NCBI GenBank assembly: GCA_026770705.1
Contig: JANJGN010000034.1
Location: 7,316,001 to 7,380,000 of the forward strand
Length of the DNA stretch: 64,000 nt
Reading direction: 5' to 3'
Source: Isurus oxyrinchus
Lineage: Eukaryota
Position numbers and translations under genes: made by a program. The notes beneath the pieces were generated by a model, which searched no databases, was not told the origin of the DNA, and was given only the letters and a program-made list of their open reading frames with translations. Position 1 is the stretch's first letter; the number at the start of each line of letters is the position of its first letter. Shown piece after piece: positions 30,401 to 45,000 of this stretch.

Positions 30401-33400
30401 TTCAACAACACATTCCAAACCCGTGAACTCTACCACTTTGAGAGACAAGGGTAGCAGATACATGGGCACACCACTTTCTGCCAGTTGCTAACCAAAGCAT
30501 ATGCCACCCTGACTTGGAGCGATATTGGTGTTCCTTCACTGCTACAAGGTCAAAATCATGGAATTCCCTTTTGAGCAACACTTTGGGTGTACTTGCGCGA
30601 CATGGACTGCAGTTTTTTTGAGAAGGCTGCTCACCACGACCTTCTCAGAGGCAACTAGGGACAGGAATTAAATGCAGGCCTATCAGGAGTGCATATAAAT
30701 TTCAATGCGATTAGTTCTAATCCATTTGAAATTCACGGAGTATATGTCCAATTTGCCAAACTTTTCTTCAATGGTCAACACTCTCTCCCCGGAACAAAAC
30801 TAATTGTGACCTTAAATATGAAGACCAAGAACCACACATAGTACCGCGGTGTGGGCTCACCAAAGCTCAGTCCAAATGTATCAAGACACTCTTACGATTG
30901 TACGGCGATATCCTTTAAATCAAGACCAGCATGGCGTTTTTCAGTTTAATTTTCTGATGAACTTTAATGTTCACTTTCTGTTACCCTTGTAGGAGTTGAT
31001 CCAAGTTTCTCTGAGCAATTTCATCTATATTTAAAGACACTTCAACTATTCTGTGTTCCTATTTGTGCTATCAAAGTGGATCATGGCACATTTCGCTACA
31101 TTATACTACATCTGTCATATTGTTTCCAATTCAGTTTTCCCACATATATTCATTTGCAGTCTCTTTGCTTTCTCCTTACCGTTACATTCCAAACTAGTTT
31201 TCAATGGTTCGCAAATTTAAGTTCAATGCTCTTTGTTTCTAAACACAAGCCAATAGTATAGATTGGTTTCTAACTTGAAGTCAATAGCATATATTGGTCT
31301 CTAATTGGAAGTTAATAGTATAGATTGTAAATGGATGCATCCATCACTGTTCCCTGTGACACTATAATTAACTTTCTACTGACTGTATTTTTGAGGTCCT
31401 GATATATCCCACAAACACAATGTTCCTTGCATCAAGCTATGTTCATGAGTGAAATGTCATGGCTTCCAAACTAACGCTTCCAGAATTTCCCAGCGATTAT
31501 TGTGAGTCTAATTGATTTGAATATTTATTTCCTCTACCACATCAGCCCGTACCCCTTTCCTGAATAGTGGGATTACTTTATTTATGTTTGAATATACTGG
31601 GACTATTCTTTAATCTGAGGAACGTTGAAAATTTCTGACCAATTTATCCACCATCTAAGACCAGTAAGTGAAACTCTAGGTTGTCAGCAAGCAGGTCAGC
31701 TTTAGTCCTTTAAATGTATTCAATACATTTTGTCCTCTAGTACTAATTATATTGGGATTCCCTCTTTTCAGAGATATCACATATGTCTTTAGTTTGATGA
31801 CAGACCAAGAAAAATGCCAACAATTTTTCCAGACATGTGATTCTAACCACATGTTATTGCCTTCTGTTTCCATCTCCGCAGTATGGCTGTAGGAAGCTGT
31901 TGCCTCAGTTCATCTGCTAATGAAACCTTCATATTTGCCTGTGTTTCCTCCAGATTCAACTGCTCCAAAACATTTGCATCTGATTCCCACTTTCATCCTT
32001 AAAAACGTGAGATCACAAGAACTCTGCTGGTTGTCTCCTGAGTTGCAGCAAGCCTCGGACTACTCCCGTCCATGCTCATTGCGCTAAATTGGCACCAAAT
32101 AAAGGAACGTGTGGATTTTAAAATGTTAATCCTTGTTTCTAAATCCACCCAAGGACTTGCACCCGATATTTCTGTAGTTTCACCCATACTCTGTTTTATC
32201 TTCCCTCCTCTGGCCTCTTGCGCTCAGCACGTTGAATCAATATGCGACAGATGACGTGCCATCAGATACATCGACCAAAATATCTGGAACACGTCTAAAC
32301 CTCTCTACCTCATGCTGCCCCTGTAAGCGTTCGTCAAAAGCTACCTCCTTGCCTAAGGTGTTCTTGCTGAAATTGTACAGAGCCTTGATGAGAGCGCACC
32401 TGCAGTGTTATGTATAGGCTTCTTGTGCTTATGTTAGGAAGGATATGCTTGTTATAGAGGGAATGCAACAGAGTTTCACCGGAATGGTGTGGTTGCCTTA
32501 TGAGGAGAGATTGAGCAGAATGTCAAGGAATGACAACTGATCTAATTGAAACTTAGAAACTTCTTATAGGGTGTAGTAGGGTAGATGTGGACAGGATGTT
32601 TCCGATTGCTAGTAAGCCTACAACCAGGGAACAGAGTCTCAGAATAGAGGATGGCCATTTAAATGGGATGAGGAGGAATTTATTCACTCAGTTGATAGTG
32701 AGCTTTTGGAATTCTCCACCCCACGGGTCTGTAAAATCTCAATAATTAACTTTGTTCAGAACGGAAGTCGACAGGTTTCCAATCACATTAACGGATATGG
32801 GAATAGCGCAGGAAAATTAAATTGAGATAAGTGATCGGCCATGATCCAAATGAAAGGTGAACCAGGCTCGACGAGCAGAAAGGCCTGCTCCTGCTCCTAC
32901 GTTCTTATGTTCATCTGCCTTAGCATATTCCTATGCAATATAGTGCCATATTTCTGTTTCATAATACGTATAATGTTGTATGTGTAATTAATTTAAGAAA
33001 ATCTGTTAATTCCGTTGTACCACATCTCCGCAATTTCTTCGATCCCTAGAGGAATTTCTTCTGTATCTGTTTCTAGTGCCAACATGTGCTTTAAATTCTC
33101 GCCTTTTCTTGAAACACTCATCTATTTTTCACTTTTTTATGCGCGTTTTTCCTCTCAGCTTATTTCAAAAACACCCTGATCCTCGGACTTCCTATTATCC
33201 TTTGCAACATTGCAGTCTGTCTTTGTTAATATAATACTATTCTTTACTTCCTTAATAAGCCAAATAAATATTTTTCTTACTGAGTATATTTTTAGTTTAT
33301 TGCATACATTTTTGTTGAAAATATTGAACACTTTTTTTTTATTCAATGTTTACCACTGATTATTTACTGTGAAACTATTGGCTAATATTCCAATCAATCC

Positions 33401-36400
33401 TCGTCCTCTCCTTGCCCATGCCTGTGCAATCGGTATTGTTTGAGTTCAAAATTGCATTCTATTTTAAGTGGTGTATGCTGCTTTAAATCCTTATAAGTTA
33501 GTGGATAGCATGATGATGAGGTATCCAGAGGACACGAAATAACCCGGTTCTTTGCAGAATACTAGACCTATAAATTCAAAATCTTGAATGTATTTTATGA
33601 ATCGATCACGTCTCCAGTCCCGAATAGTTGGAACCACCATAATCAGATTCCAAAACCTTAAGAAGGCTCCTAACTCTGGAGCAAATAAATGACTGCAAAA
33701 AAGTTGCCAGAGCGGCAAAGTTTATCTATATCTATAATAGGCCTGGTTGCATTAACTCTTCTTGTTCAATTTAGCACTAAGGATAAACAATGAAAGCAAA
33801 GGTAAGAGTGTGCTTTATCTTCCAGATTTTGCAAAATAAATCTGTCAGTTTAGCATATCCCATTTTGAAGCTCTTTTCTTCCTCTTTATTTTAGCTGAAA
33901 CTCATTGTTAGCTTTTTTGCTTTGAGCCTGAAAGTCGCCAATTTGCGGAATTCTCCAGAGGCTTTTGCTAGATATCTAAGCTCCTCTTCCCAGGACTCAC
34001 ACATGCTGTAGAGGTGGAATATCCTAAGAGCCTTTCGTGCTTCAGGTGAATATAAAAGTTGCCACTTCACTACTTTAAAATAGGCCTCAATGGCCGATTC
34101 CAGATTTTGATTATCGCACTCACTAAAGTAAAACTGTGAACATTATCACATTGTTATCCGTTAGATTAGGCTGCCCCTGAACTTCCTGTATTACTACACT
34201 CAGAACACTATAAAAGACCTATGAAGTGCATTGGAATGCCCTGGGTTCATGAAAGGCGCTATGAAAACGATATATTTCCGTTATTACTTCATTAGCACTT
34301 CCATCTCTTTCAATCTATTTCACTATTATTTACATATTTTAGTCCCTTTTAAAGAATTAAGGATATATTTGAAATTATTAGACCCCCGTTACCACACCCC
34401 CCCCCCCCCCCCCCCCCCCCCCCCCACCAACCGCACACCCACCCCCCTACCCCCAACAACCACAAAAAAGAAAAATAGGATGAAGCACTTTTGGTGCCCA
34501 ATATTGAACATGGCAGACATCAAGTTCGAGTCATTGAATCATAGAAAGACAATGGCACACTCGGTCTGCCACGTCCATGCCTGCCTTCTGAAACAGCATC
34601 TCACCTAATCTCGCTCCACCATCGTAATTTCCAGTGACCCTTTGAGAATATTATCCAATTACTTATTTAAATCTACGTTAGAACTGGCACAACCACATTT
34701 AAAGACGTTAAATTCTGGATAAGGGCCCCACCTCGAATCTTTTGTACCTATGAATTTTCTCAGAAACATGCAATTTTTGAAGACTCCTCTCAAATATTCG
34801 CTCAAGTTCCATTTCTCTAAAAAGACCAACAGCAGCTTGGCCAATGCATCCATGTAACTGAATTTTCTCATACCCAGTACCGTTCTGGCAAATGTTTTCT
34901 GCAACCTCATCAATGGCATAACAATCCTCCAAAAGGTCAGTGCCAAAACTGGACACATAACTCCAACTGAGACCGAACCCTACCTATATTAAGATTTTCA
35001 ATAACGGTAATGACTGTGCACACCAAGCCTCTATTTATAAAGCGAGTTTTTTTTTCTGTACAATTTATTCACCCATTTTCTCAACCTGCCCTGCCGCCTT
35101 CAACATTAGTGCATATAGACCCCAATTTCCTCCAAGCCTTCACCTTCCAATTGCAGCATTTCAGTTATATTTCATTTGCTCATTGCTCATATCAAAAGGC
35201 ATTGCCTCATCTGCCTCTACATTTAGTGCCAGCTTCGACTTTTACAGCCATTTCAACATCAATTCCATGTCCTGCCCAAGCCCACTCCTCACAGTTCACA
35301 ATATTTCCAAGCTTCGGTCAATTTGCAAATTTTGAATTTGCCCCCGTCACACCCGAACCTATATCATTAATATGCATAAAGGTAATGAGGCGGTCTTAGT
35401 ACCAGTTCACTATGACACCCAATATGTTCGTTCCTCCAGCTGCAATGGCCACCGCTCAGATTACCCTGTTTCCTGTCACTCAACTATGTGAATGCTGTTT
35501 ACTGCCTTCGTTTTTTTTTAATTCCATGTGTTTGAAGTTTACTGATAATTCTTATTTGCAGCGCTTTGTAAAACGCCTTATCAAAGCCCATGCACATTAT
35601 ATTAACTGCATTAGCTTCGTCAACCCTCTCTTTTACCTCATAGAAAGGAGCAACGAAATGATTGATCCCCAATTTAGAGTAGATGGATATCTAACGGTTT
35701 TACTTAATGAACACACATTTATGACAGCGAGTGCAAATTTTGTCTCCAACTCTGTTCGCTAAAATTTTGATACTATCGAGGTTAGGCTTACTGACCTGTA
35801 TTTGCTGGGTTTATCCTAAGGCCTTTTCTTGGAAATTCATTTGAAATTCTCCCCTGTCCTCCAACAATAACAATCCATCAAAGGAGGATTGGAAGATCAT
35901 GCCCAATATCTACATAATTTCCCTTCCATTTCCTCTGCTATTCTCATATGCATCTGAGCAGCTCATGCTGACTTGCCAATATGAACTACGGCCAGCCTTC
36001 CCAATTGCTTTGCTTTTTCAAATTTTAGACCATTTCATTACCTTCTCTTTCGCTCCAACATTGACGCAATGCTCTTCATTTGTAAAGAAAGATGCAAAGT
36101 AGTAATTCTGTAGGTCATTCATGCCCACTGTCTCCATACACAAATCAATTTATGTGGTCCAAATTGGGCCCTATACCTCTATTGTCATCTGTTACTAGTT
36201 ATAGACATTTGCATTCCTTCTTCTGTTGTTTGTAAGTTTATTTTCACAGACTTTCTTTGCTGGTCCTATATCTTTTGTATTTAATTTCCCTGTGAAATTT
36301 CGATATACATTTGGCTCCTCACTTGCATCATCAAGCAGACATTTGATCAAGCATGTTTTCAAACAGCGAATAGTTACCATTTGGAATGCACTGCTTTGAA

Positions 36401-39400
36401 GTGTGGTGGAGGCAGGTTCAACTGAGGCATTCAAGAGGGCATTGGATGATTATTTAAGTAGAAACAATGTGCAAGGTTACGGGGAAAAGGCGGGGGTTTG
36501 GCACATATTTAAAATTCTCAGAGATCCTGTACAGACGCAATTGGCCGAATAGCCTCCTTCCACACCATTACAATTCTGTGATTCTGTGCTCTGCCATGAA
36601 TACACATGGTCTACTTGACCTTATTCTTCATCTTATTCGTCTTCCAGGAAACTGTTATTGTTATTTAACGTGCCTAATTTTGCCTTTCATAAGAATGCAT
36701 TTGCTCTGTACTTGGATCATATTCCTTTTTGTAAAGGCAGGCCATTGTCATTTGCAGCTTTCCCTGTGAACCATTGATTCCAACAAACCTGAGCCGGATC
36801 CCATCTCACTACACTGAAGTTGGCTGTCGCCCAATTAATTACTGAACTCTAGGTTGCACCTTGCCCTTTTCCACAATTTAGCTAAACCGCGTTATAATTA
36901 GATCGCAGCCTGTTAAATCCCAGGTGGTTCCTGAGAGCACTTTAAAACAATTATCCCACCTCACCACATATGAAGATATTATGTCAAATGATGAAAATAT
37001 GATCAAATAGGTTTTTACAAGATTATGGTGGGAATATGGAATATTTGTTGTTCATGCCTCATTAGGTATAGGATGGAAAGGCACATGCGGCAGATAGAAT
37101 TTGGAGGATGCAATGACAGGATTAAATGAAATGAGAGGGGATGTGTTTTGTATGGAGCATTAGCATTACGATGCCAAGGTTGAGCGAGCGGCCTGTTTGT
37201 ACAATATGTTCATGTGCTTCTAATAAGAGGGACTGTGTTGCGTTACGTGGTAGAAAGTAAGGTTTCAAGATTTGAAAAGATTCAATTTATATTCCATGAC
37301 ATGAAGGTGTAGAGACAAACAGCTACTTATGCCAGGGCAAATATTACTGCAGGTTATTAAATTGGGTCTTACATGCTTAATCATACACAAGGGTCGATAT
37401 GCTCACCTATTCAATTACTCTGCTTCTTGTAAGGTTCGATTAATAGTGGCAGGCTAGGTTGGAAATGTGTTTAGAAGGCAAACGGGGATTCTGGTCTTTA
37501 TAAGTAGAGGCATGTCACACAAAAACAAGGAAGCTATGAATATTTATATAATATCCGTGCAGCTTCAAAGGTATTGTTGCTTCCAAGGCGTCCGTGAGGG
37601 TGCACAAATTTTACGAGAGTGATCCCAGAGGATTTTGGGCTTCCTTTACGTGCATAGCGTAGATCAGGGGCTGATATTCTTCTTGGAAAAGAAAAGTTGG
37701 AGAGGAAATCTGATAGAAGTATTCATATTCTTGAGTGGTCTTGGCAGAGTTAGTCGAAAAAATTATTGCACCAGGAAAAAATGTCGAGAGCGAGAAATCG
37801 AGAATATAAGGACAATGCAAAATGAGTGATAGCATTTTCAGGGGAAATAGTTTAATGCAGATGATGTTTCGAATTGAAGGAGGAGATTTATTTGACGGTC
37901 AAGACACAGGAAATTTGGTGCGAGAAGTAATGCGGCCACGCTACTGGCATTAGTCTATAGACTTCCATACAATCAGCAGGAGATACAGGTGACTACCTGC
38001 CAGGAACTCACATTAAGTGTGCAAGAAGGCAGAATAGAGAAATCGAGAGCACGCTAATTACCCAAATATCGATTATTATGTTGTTAGTGCAAAATGAAAG
38101 AAAACCTCGAAATATCTTAAATGTTTTCCAGATAACTTCCTTGACCAGGATATCCTTAACACATCTGGAACATAGGGATTGATGAATAGGTTCCTGGAGA
38201 GTGCACTGGGCCATGAGAGCTGAGTGCCTGTCGGTGCACACTTGAGGAAGCCTGATCAGTTTGTTGAAATTTTAGATCAGTAATGGACAAGACCATTGAA
38301 TAATGTAAAATAGGACTTCTAATTTGGAAGGGGGCTAAGTTCATATTGATGAGAAGGGATCAAGTCAGAGTAAATTTGAATCAGATGTCAGGTAGGAATT
38401 CAGGGTAACATGATCTTTTTTCACAGAGAATGCTAAAAATTTGGTAGTTTCGTGGGTAAAAAAAAACGAATATCGTAGATATGTTTAAATTTAAACAGGA
38501 TAAGTACATCAGACAGAAAGAGGAAATAAGATTGAAGCATTAGATTATCAGTAGAGGGGAGGGCTCCTCGTGATGCATACACCTAATCTATAATGTAGCA
38601 GACTGGTTATAATTTTTGATCAGTAATCCAAATCCTTGAGCAATAGCTAGGAAACATGTGATCAAACCCCAGAACAGCAACTTTGGAATTCAATTTCAAA
38701 TAATTCATGCAATAGAAACCAGTATCAGTAATTTGTTTCAATATTATTTCATGGAATATAGGTGTTGCTGGCAAGGCTAGCATTTGTTGGCCATCCCTCA
38801 TCCCTTGCATTGAGAGGCTTGTTGGTCCATTGGTGGGCGAAAGTAAAATCAACCATATTGCTGTGGGTCTGGAGTCACATATGGCCCAGTTAGTGTTACG
38901 ATGGCAGATCTAATTGCCTGAAGGACAGTGTGAGAATGGATGTCATCTCTTTTAATATTTTATGGGGATTATTGTGTGTGTGGGGAGGGAGGGGGGGCGG
39001 TGGCGGGGGAGGGGGTGGAGTGAGGGTGCATAAATGATTTAGTTAAGCTGGGCAAATGTTACTGGCAGACAGATTCTGAGAGAGAGGGTAGGTTAAACAT
39101 TAAAAAGATAAAGGTGTTAGCATTCTTGTACAATTGAATAGGTTTGATCAAAAATTTACATTTTTAGCTAAGCTGAGAGTTTGCTTGAGTATCAAAGGGG
39201 CAAATGAGGTGAAAAAGAAACATGCTTGCATCTTTCAGGAGTTCCATAGGTAAACAGAAGTCGGGACATTGGATTGTATTGACCAGAGGGCAAGACAACA
39301 TGAAGACATTAAGGATGTGATATTTAGAAGATTTTGAGTCACAAAGAGGCGTGGAAAAAATTGAATTGAAGACTAAAGGGGGAGGCATATTAAAGGTAAT

Positions 39401-41982
39401 GTGGAGAGCTGAGGCTGGCTGGCAGATTTAGCTCTTGGCTATAGCTCTGGGCTTGGAGAAGCTACAGGTTTGAATCAGCCATCCAGTAAAGCTAGAGAAG
39501 TGCTGTAAGCTGCAGGGCTATGGGTTGGGTGCAGGAAGGTGTGATTGGAAAGGGCACCTGGGTGTCCTTCAGTTGGCATAGACATGGTGGGCGGAATGGC
39601 CTCCTTCTGTGCCTTAAATTTGCTATGGTTCAATGGTTCTAAGTCTTGGGCTGCAAAGAGCAGTCTTGTTTAGAAGTTTTGGATTTCAATGGCAGAATGA
39701 AAGAGTTAAAGACCATGTGTTGTGCCTTTATTAAATTTGCAGCAGCTTGTCTTATGTAATATTATGGAATTCTTATAGGTAATCGTCTGAAGAGAAGAGT
39801 TGCCTGAAAGTTGTTTACTTATGAGTCTGACCAATTAATCGTTTTTGGATGTTTTGTAAGACTAAATTACACTGTAACTCTAATCTTGTGCGCATATGTT
39901 TTACTTTATTGCTGTAAATAAAACCTTCAGAGTTATTTTCTTAAAATCGAATATGTGTTACTCGACTCATTGCTGCTGAGATCAAAATGCCTCCTTCTCG
40001 TTTGCAGATTATGGCCTGTAAGCCAAATTTCCCTCTGGTGTTTTGTTTACGCAGCAATTAACATTGGCTGTAGTCACAACATCAGTAGTGAACTAGATGT
40101 TTTTTTTTTTCATTGCAATCGATGATGGTCGCCAAGGTCACAAATACTGATACTAACTTTCTATTCCAGATGTTTCTTTTTTTTTAAATTGAAGTTAAAT
40201 TCCATCTACTGCTATCGTGCGATCTAAATCGCTAGCCTGGGACTTTGGATTACTATTTCTCCTGAAACGGCGGCCATGATACTGAAATGTCGGGTGAAAC
40301 AGAACAATATTTTCAAAGCCCTTCACGTGTGCGACAGGCCTAAGCGTCTTCTCTGTGCGCTGGGTCTCTCTGATTATATCGCTAATCACATTCAGTTCTG
40401 GAAAAAAAAAAGCCCATCGACCTGAGATGTTAATTTTATTTATGTTTCTCAAAATGCTTCCAAAATTTGGTGAGAATTAATTTAAATGGCTTTCTCTCAT
40501 TTTATTACAGACGAACAAGTACAGAAATTACAACGTGGTAAGTATCACGGGAGTACTTTCACTAGAGACTGGATATTCATCGCTTGAGTACACAAAACAT
40601 TGGCAACATCAGCAGGGTACGAAAGGGTTGGACTGGGGTTGGAGGGTGCAAACTAAAGTTATAGGGATTGGGAAGTTAGCAGCATATAGAAGTACAAAAG
40701 AGGAATATTACAGAAAGAAGTAGTGCCGTGTTAGCAAGCAACAGACCAGGATGAACTACAAAAAATACCAATGACGGTGTCGAATACATGTATGTAAATG
40801 CACAAAATCCAGTGAAAAAGTTCACCTTCAAGCACAAATAGTCGAGAGGCTATATGCTGAAGGAAACAGAGGAAATTCTGAAAACTGGACACTTAATAGA
40901 AAAGCATGCAAAATGTGTAGACAAATAGGGAAGGAAAATGGAGCTTGGGGAGACAGATTAAAGAAGACATCATCGTGATTGAAAACGAGGATGTCATTGA
41001 CGAGAGGAAGACAGTGTCCAATTGAGTAGAGTTGAGGGAATGATCATATGACATGTGGTATTCCATTAGCATCCAAATTCAGAAAGAAAGACATAGAGAA
41101 AGGGAGAGTGAAAGAGAGAGAGAGTGTGTGTGAGTGTGTGTATGTATCTTTCTGTGCGCCTCTGTGTTTCTGTAAGAATCTGTATTCACTTACGTTCTGT
41201 GTAAGTCAATGGCGGGCATTTTTGATTCCTTATTTTGATTAAATAAAGACCAATGTTTGAATAGAAAAAGATTGTGTGTGTAAGTACTTTCACTTAATTG
41301 TGCATGTGATATTAACTCCAAATATCAATTATTTGCAACAAACATCCAAACCAACACATGACAACATTCCGATCACAACAACTTAGCAAAGGTAACCGGG
41401 CATGTGCCGCTGTTCATAAATAAGGCCTTCAACCATTTATTTGGGAATGATAGATGGTCTTAAATTGGATATATTGCACAGATAATAGCCATTAGCCCCA
41501 TCTAATCCATCCCAGAATTTCGACTCTACCATAAGCTCCTCCATACTTGTGTCATCCAAATGTGGCATCATAACTCTCCATTAATCGCTCCATCTTAGTT
41601 TATTCCCTTGCTTTCCATGCATTCATTAATACTGGTCACTCCACAGTATCTACTGTTATGAGTTCCACATTCTCATCACATGTTGAGTAAAGAAGATTCT
41701 TTCACATTCGGTATTGAATTGCTTGGCGACTATCTTGCATTGATAACCTCTAATGATGCACCTACCGCAAGAGGAAACAATGTCTCCATTTCCATTCCAG
41801 CAACACGGGTCATAATTTTAAACAACTCTGAATATTCCCAGTTCAGCATTATTTCTTCAATACAAAAGAGAATCCTCATGTTCATCCTCTTGTGCTATTG
41901 TATTATCTATTTCTGGCATCTGCCTTGCAAACCTGCCCTGCACCCTCTGCAGTCTCTCTCTCTCTGTCTCCATATTTATATA

Positions 41983-42048
<66 letters not shown>

Positions 42049-45000
42049 GAAATTGGGCAGGCAACTGAGGTGGATGATGTTGGCTACAGAGAACAGGTGG
42101 AAAGTGGAGAACGAACACAGTTGTACTTGCAGGAAGCAGATATAGTCGCTGCAGGTTGAATAGATTTCCCTAAATTCCTGTAAACATTCTATACTCCAAG
42201 GTTTGCTAACATATGAAATCCTTCGCGAATTTGAGAGGCTAGCTTCAGAGAGTTTGTTTCGCGTGATTGCAAGGTCTAGAACAAGGACAATGTGCTCGGA
42301 TAAGTGCCCCGTCATACAAAATAGAGTTGAGCTGACATTTTCTTTCTAAGACGAGTGTACAGATGCAATTGTCTTTTGCAGGGTGTTGTGAATGCTCAAT
42401 AGTTTAGTGTTATAAGACTGATATTGACAGATTGTCGGGGGAGTGTAAGGACTTTAGGGATGTGCAGCAAGGACAAGAAAGTGAATTTTATTCATAAAGT
42501 TCACTCATGATCAGATTCAATGTAGAAGCCAGCTGGAACCATCTATCGGGCCTTTTTATTACGTTCTTCTATCTAGGCTCAAACAGGATACGCGTTGATT
42601 CTTTCAGAAACTGAAGCACTGAAAAGGAAACTGCAAGATTTGGGTGAGTAATTGTTTGTTTCTTCTTTAACCTGCATTTAACACCGAAACTGATTAATGG
42701 AAGTTAATAAGGAATGTGTCCTTTCAGAGATTTCGAAAGTAGATGTCTTAATTGGAAAAGTTATGGAAGGGCTCAATTCAAATAAAGAATGGATATGCGT
42801 GTACAAAATGCTTCTCTACCACACTCCTCCAAAAATAATGTAGAGAACTGCTTCTCCAATTGCAGTACTCTAAGACGGCACTGGCAATGATGGACTTCTA
42901 CAGGATTGCCTTATGTTTATTCTTGGCAAAGCCTTGCATTTGGTGTTGTTACCATTTGCAAAATATCTCTCCAGGAAACTTTCCTGCCATTAGACACATT
43001 GTAAGGACCAACAGGTGGTTAATCGACCATATTTTCCACGTTTTGAGGCAACATAGATGGCTACCAACAATCGGTGTGGAACTTTAAGCCAGTTTCCCTA
43101 AGATAGTGGAGAGAAACTGCCACCACGCCACAAGGCCTCCATTTTTTCCGAACCATCTTAAAGGCAACAAGTCTTAGTTATTGACCTGCTGTCCCTGATC
43201 TATGAGAGGAAACATAGAGAACGGCCCCACAATCGAATATGTGAAGTTAAACAGACAATCTATTGTCTATTTTCGGGGGAAAATACTGGCTCAGCACACC
43301 AGGAAGATATTCCCCACGCTTCTTCAGAAGAAGTGCTCAGGGACCTGAGGATGGGGCTACAGTCTGTTCGAAGTCGCCATCAATTCAACATTCGTGCATC
43401 ACCATTGGTTAATGTTCCTTGACACTGGAAGTGTAACGATGCAACAAGAGAATAAAGCTAAGCAATAATTAGACAAAATAGATGGTTAGAACCAAATGAA
43501 AACATGATGGTAAGGAAAAGGAAGCAAACATATTCAGTGGATACCAGTAGAGAGGGCAATCGCATGAAACCCAAGTGGTTATGTGTGCATTACAACAAAA
43601 TTGGGAAAGCAATAGTAAAATATTGTACAGGGCACATGACAAAAACATGTTTGAGATGGGATTAATACCATTAAGAGAACGGCAGGTTGCATGGCAGGCA
43701 AGGAATGAGGAAATAGTTGTTTGATAGCACGGAGCGTGACTGTTGCTGAAAAAAGGAGACAGCACTCAAAGCTTTTCGTCTTGCAGTAAGCAGGACAGCT
43801 CGCCTGAAATTATCAACTGCAACAAGGGATCAACAATTTATACCCTATGAAAAGAGACCATTCATTGTTCGACAGTGGACAATAATTGTTGGATGCATTT
43901 CCATGCAGAATGCAACATGGGACTGTCACCTGCCCAGCATAGTTCAAATTCAAATCCGATTCTGATTCCTCAAGTTATTGCACCGAGTAATGTTCCAGGG
44001 AATGGCTGCTCCCTAAATGTTTGTTTAGTTGAAAAAGGCCCAAAGTGTCGGCATGTTCCTTCTGTCTGCAAAGAACATGTATTGTGTTTGAATATATGTG
44101 TTTTCTGGCATGCTTAAGTGGGTCACGTTGCAAGCCTGACTGACGCCATTACATTGGTTTTCAGTGTAATTCTTAGCACAATCAGGATTGCTGATCAGGT
44201 GTTATCCAATCTCAGAATCAAACATAATGTTGGACATTATGCTTTAAGTTTTTGAACTCGGACTTGCTGGATACAGTCAGCATTTTGCCTGTTGCAAGTA
44301 GCCGAAGGAGCGTGCTATTTGATACCATCCCCCAACAGTTGGGATGTACGACTTGTATACCTGGCGTCAAACTATCAATGAGTGTCAAATACCACATTGC
44401 TCATTTGTCTGATAGAAAATAGCCGAAATATTCAATATGTTTCTTCCATATTTACATGGTAGGTAAAATGCTATGTATTTCACAATCACCTTCAAAATCA
44501 CTTAATATCTCTTAGACGTTACCTGATTGAGGAGTATGTACAAGATAATGATTATAAGATAGATTAGACAGGGATACCCTGTTTTCCTTAGCGGAGAGGT
44601 CAATTACCAGGCGATAACAATTTAGAGTGATTGCTAGAAGGATTAGAATGGGCATGAGGAAAAACTTAAAACAAAAACAAAAACAGAATTACCTGGAAAA
44701 ACTCAGCAGGTCTGGCAGCATCCAGACCTGCTGAGTTTTTCCAGGTAATTCTGTTTTTGTTTTTGTTTTGGATTTCCAGCATCCGCAGTTTTTTTGTTTT
44801 TATATATGGGGAAAAACTTCTTCATCCAGAGGGTGGTGGGTTTCTGGAATTCGCTGTGTACTGGGGTTGGCGGAGGCAGACAACCTCAACTGATTTAAAA
44901 GCTCTATGAATGTTAATATGAAGTGATGTAACCGAGAAGGCAATGGACTGGGCGCTGGAAATTTGTTTCGAAAGGATTGCTGGTTTATTTGTTTTTTCTT

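Noticed and set aside
33647-33682. Ghost 36-nt exon [12 protein letters not shown] where one is expected before E11
   Set aside because: It has Leu5/Arg6/Leu9 but no GT/GC donor (followed by aaataa) and a poor acceptor; chance or at best a dead exon.
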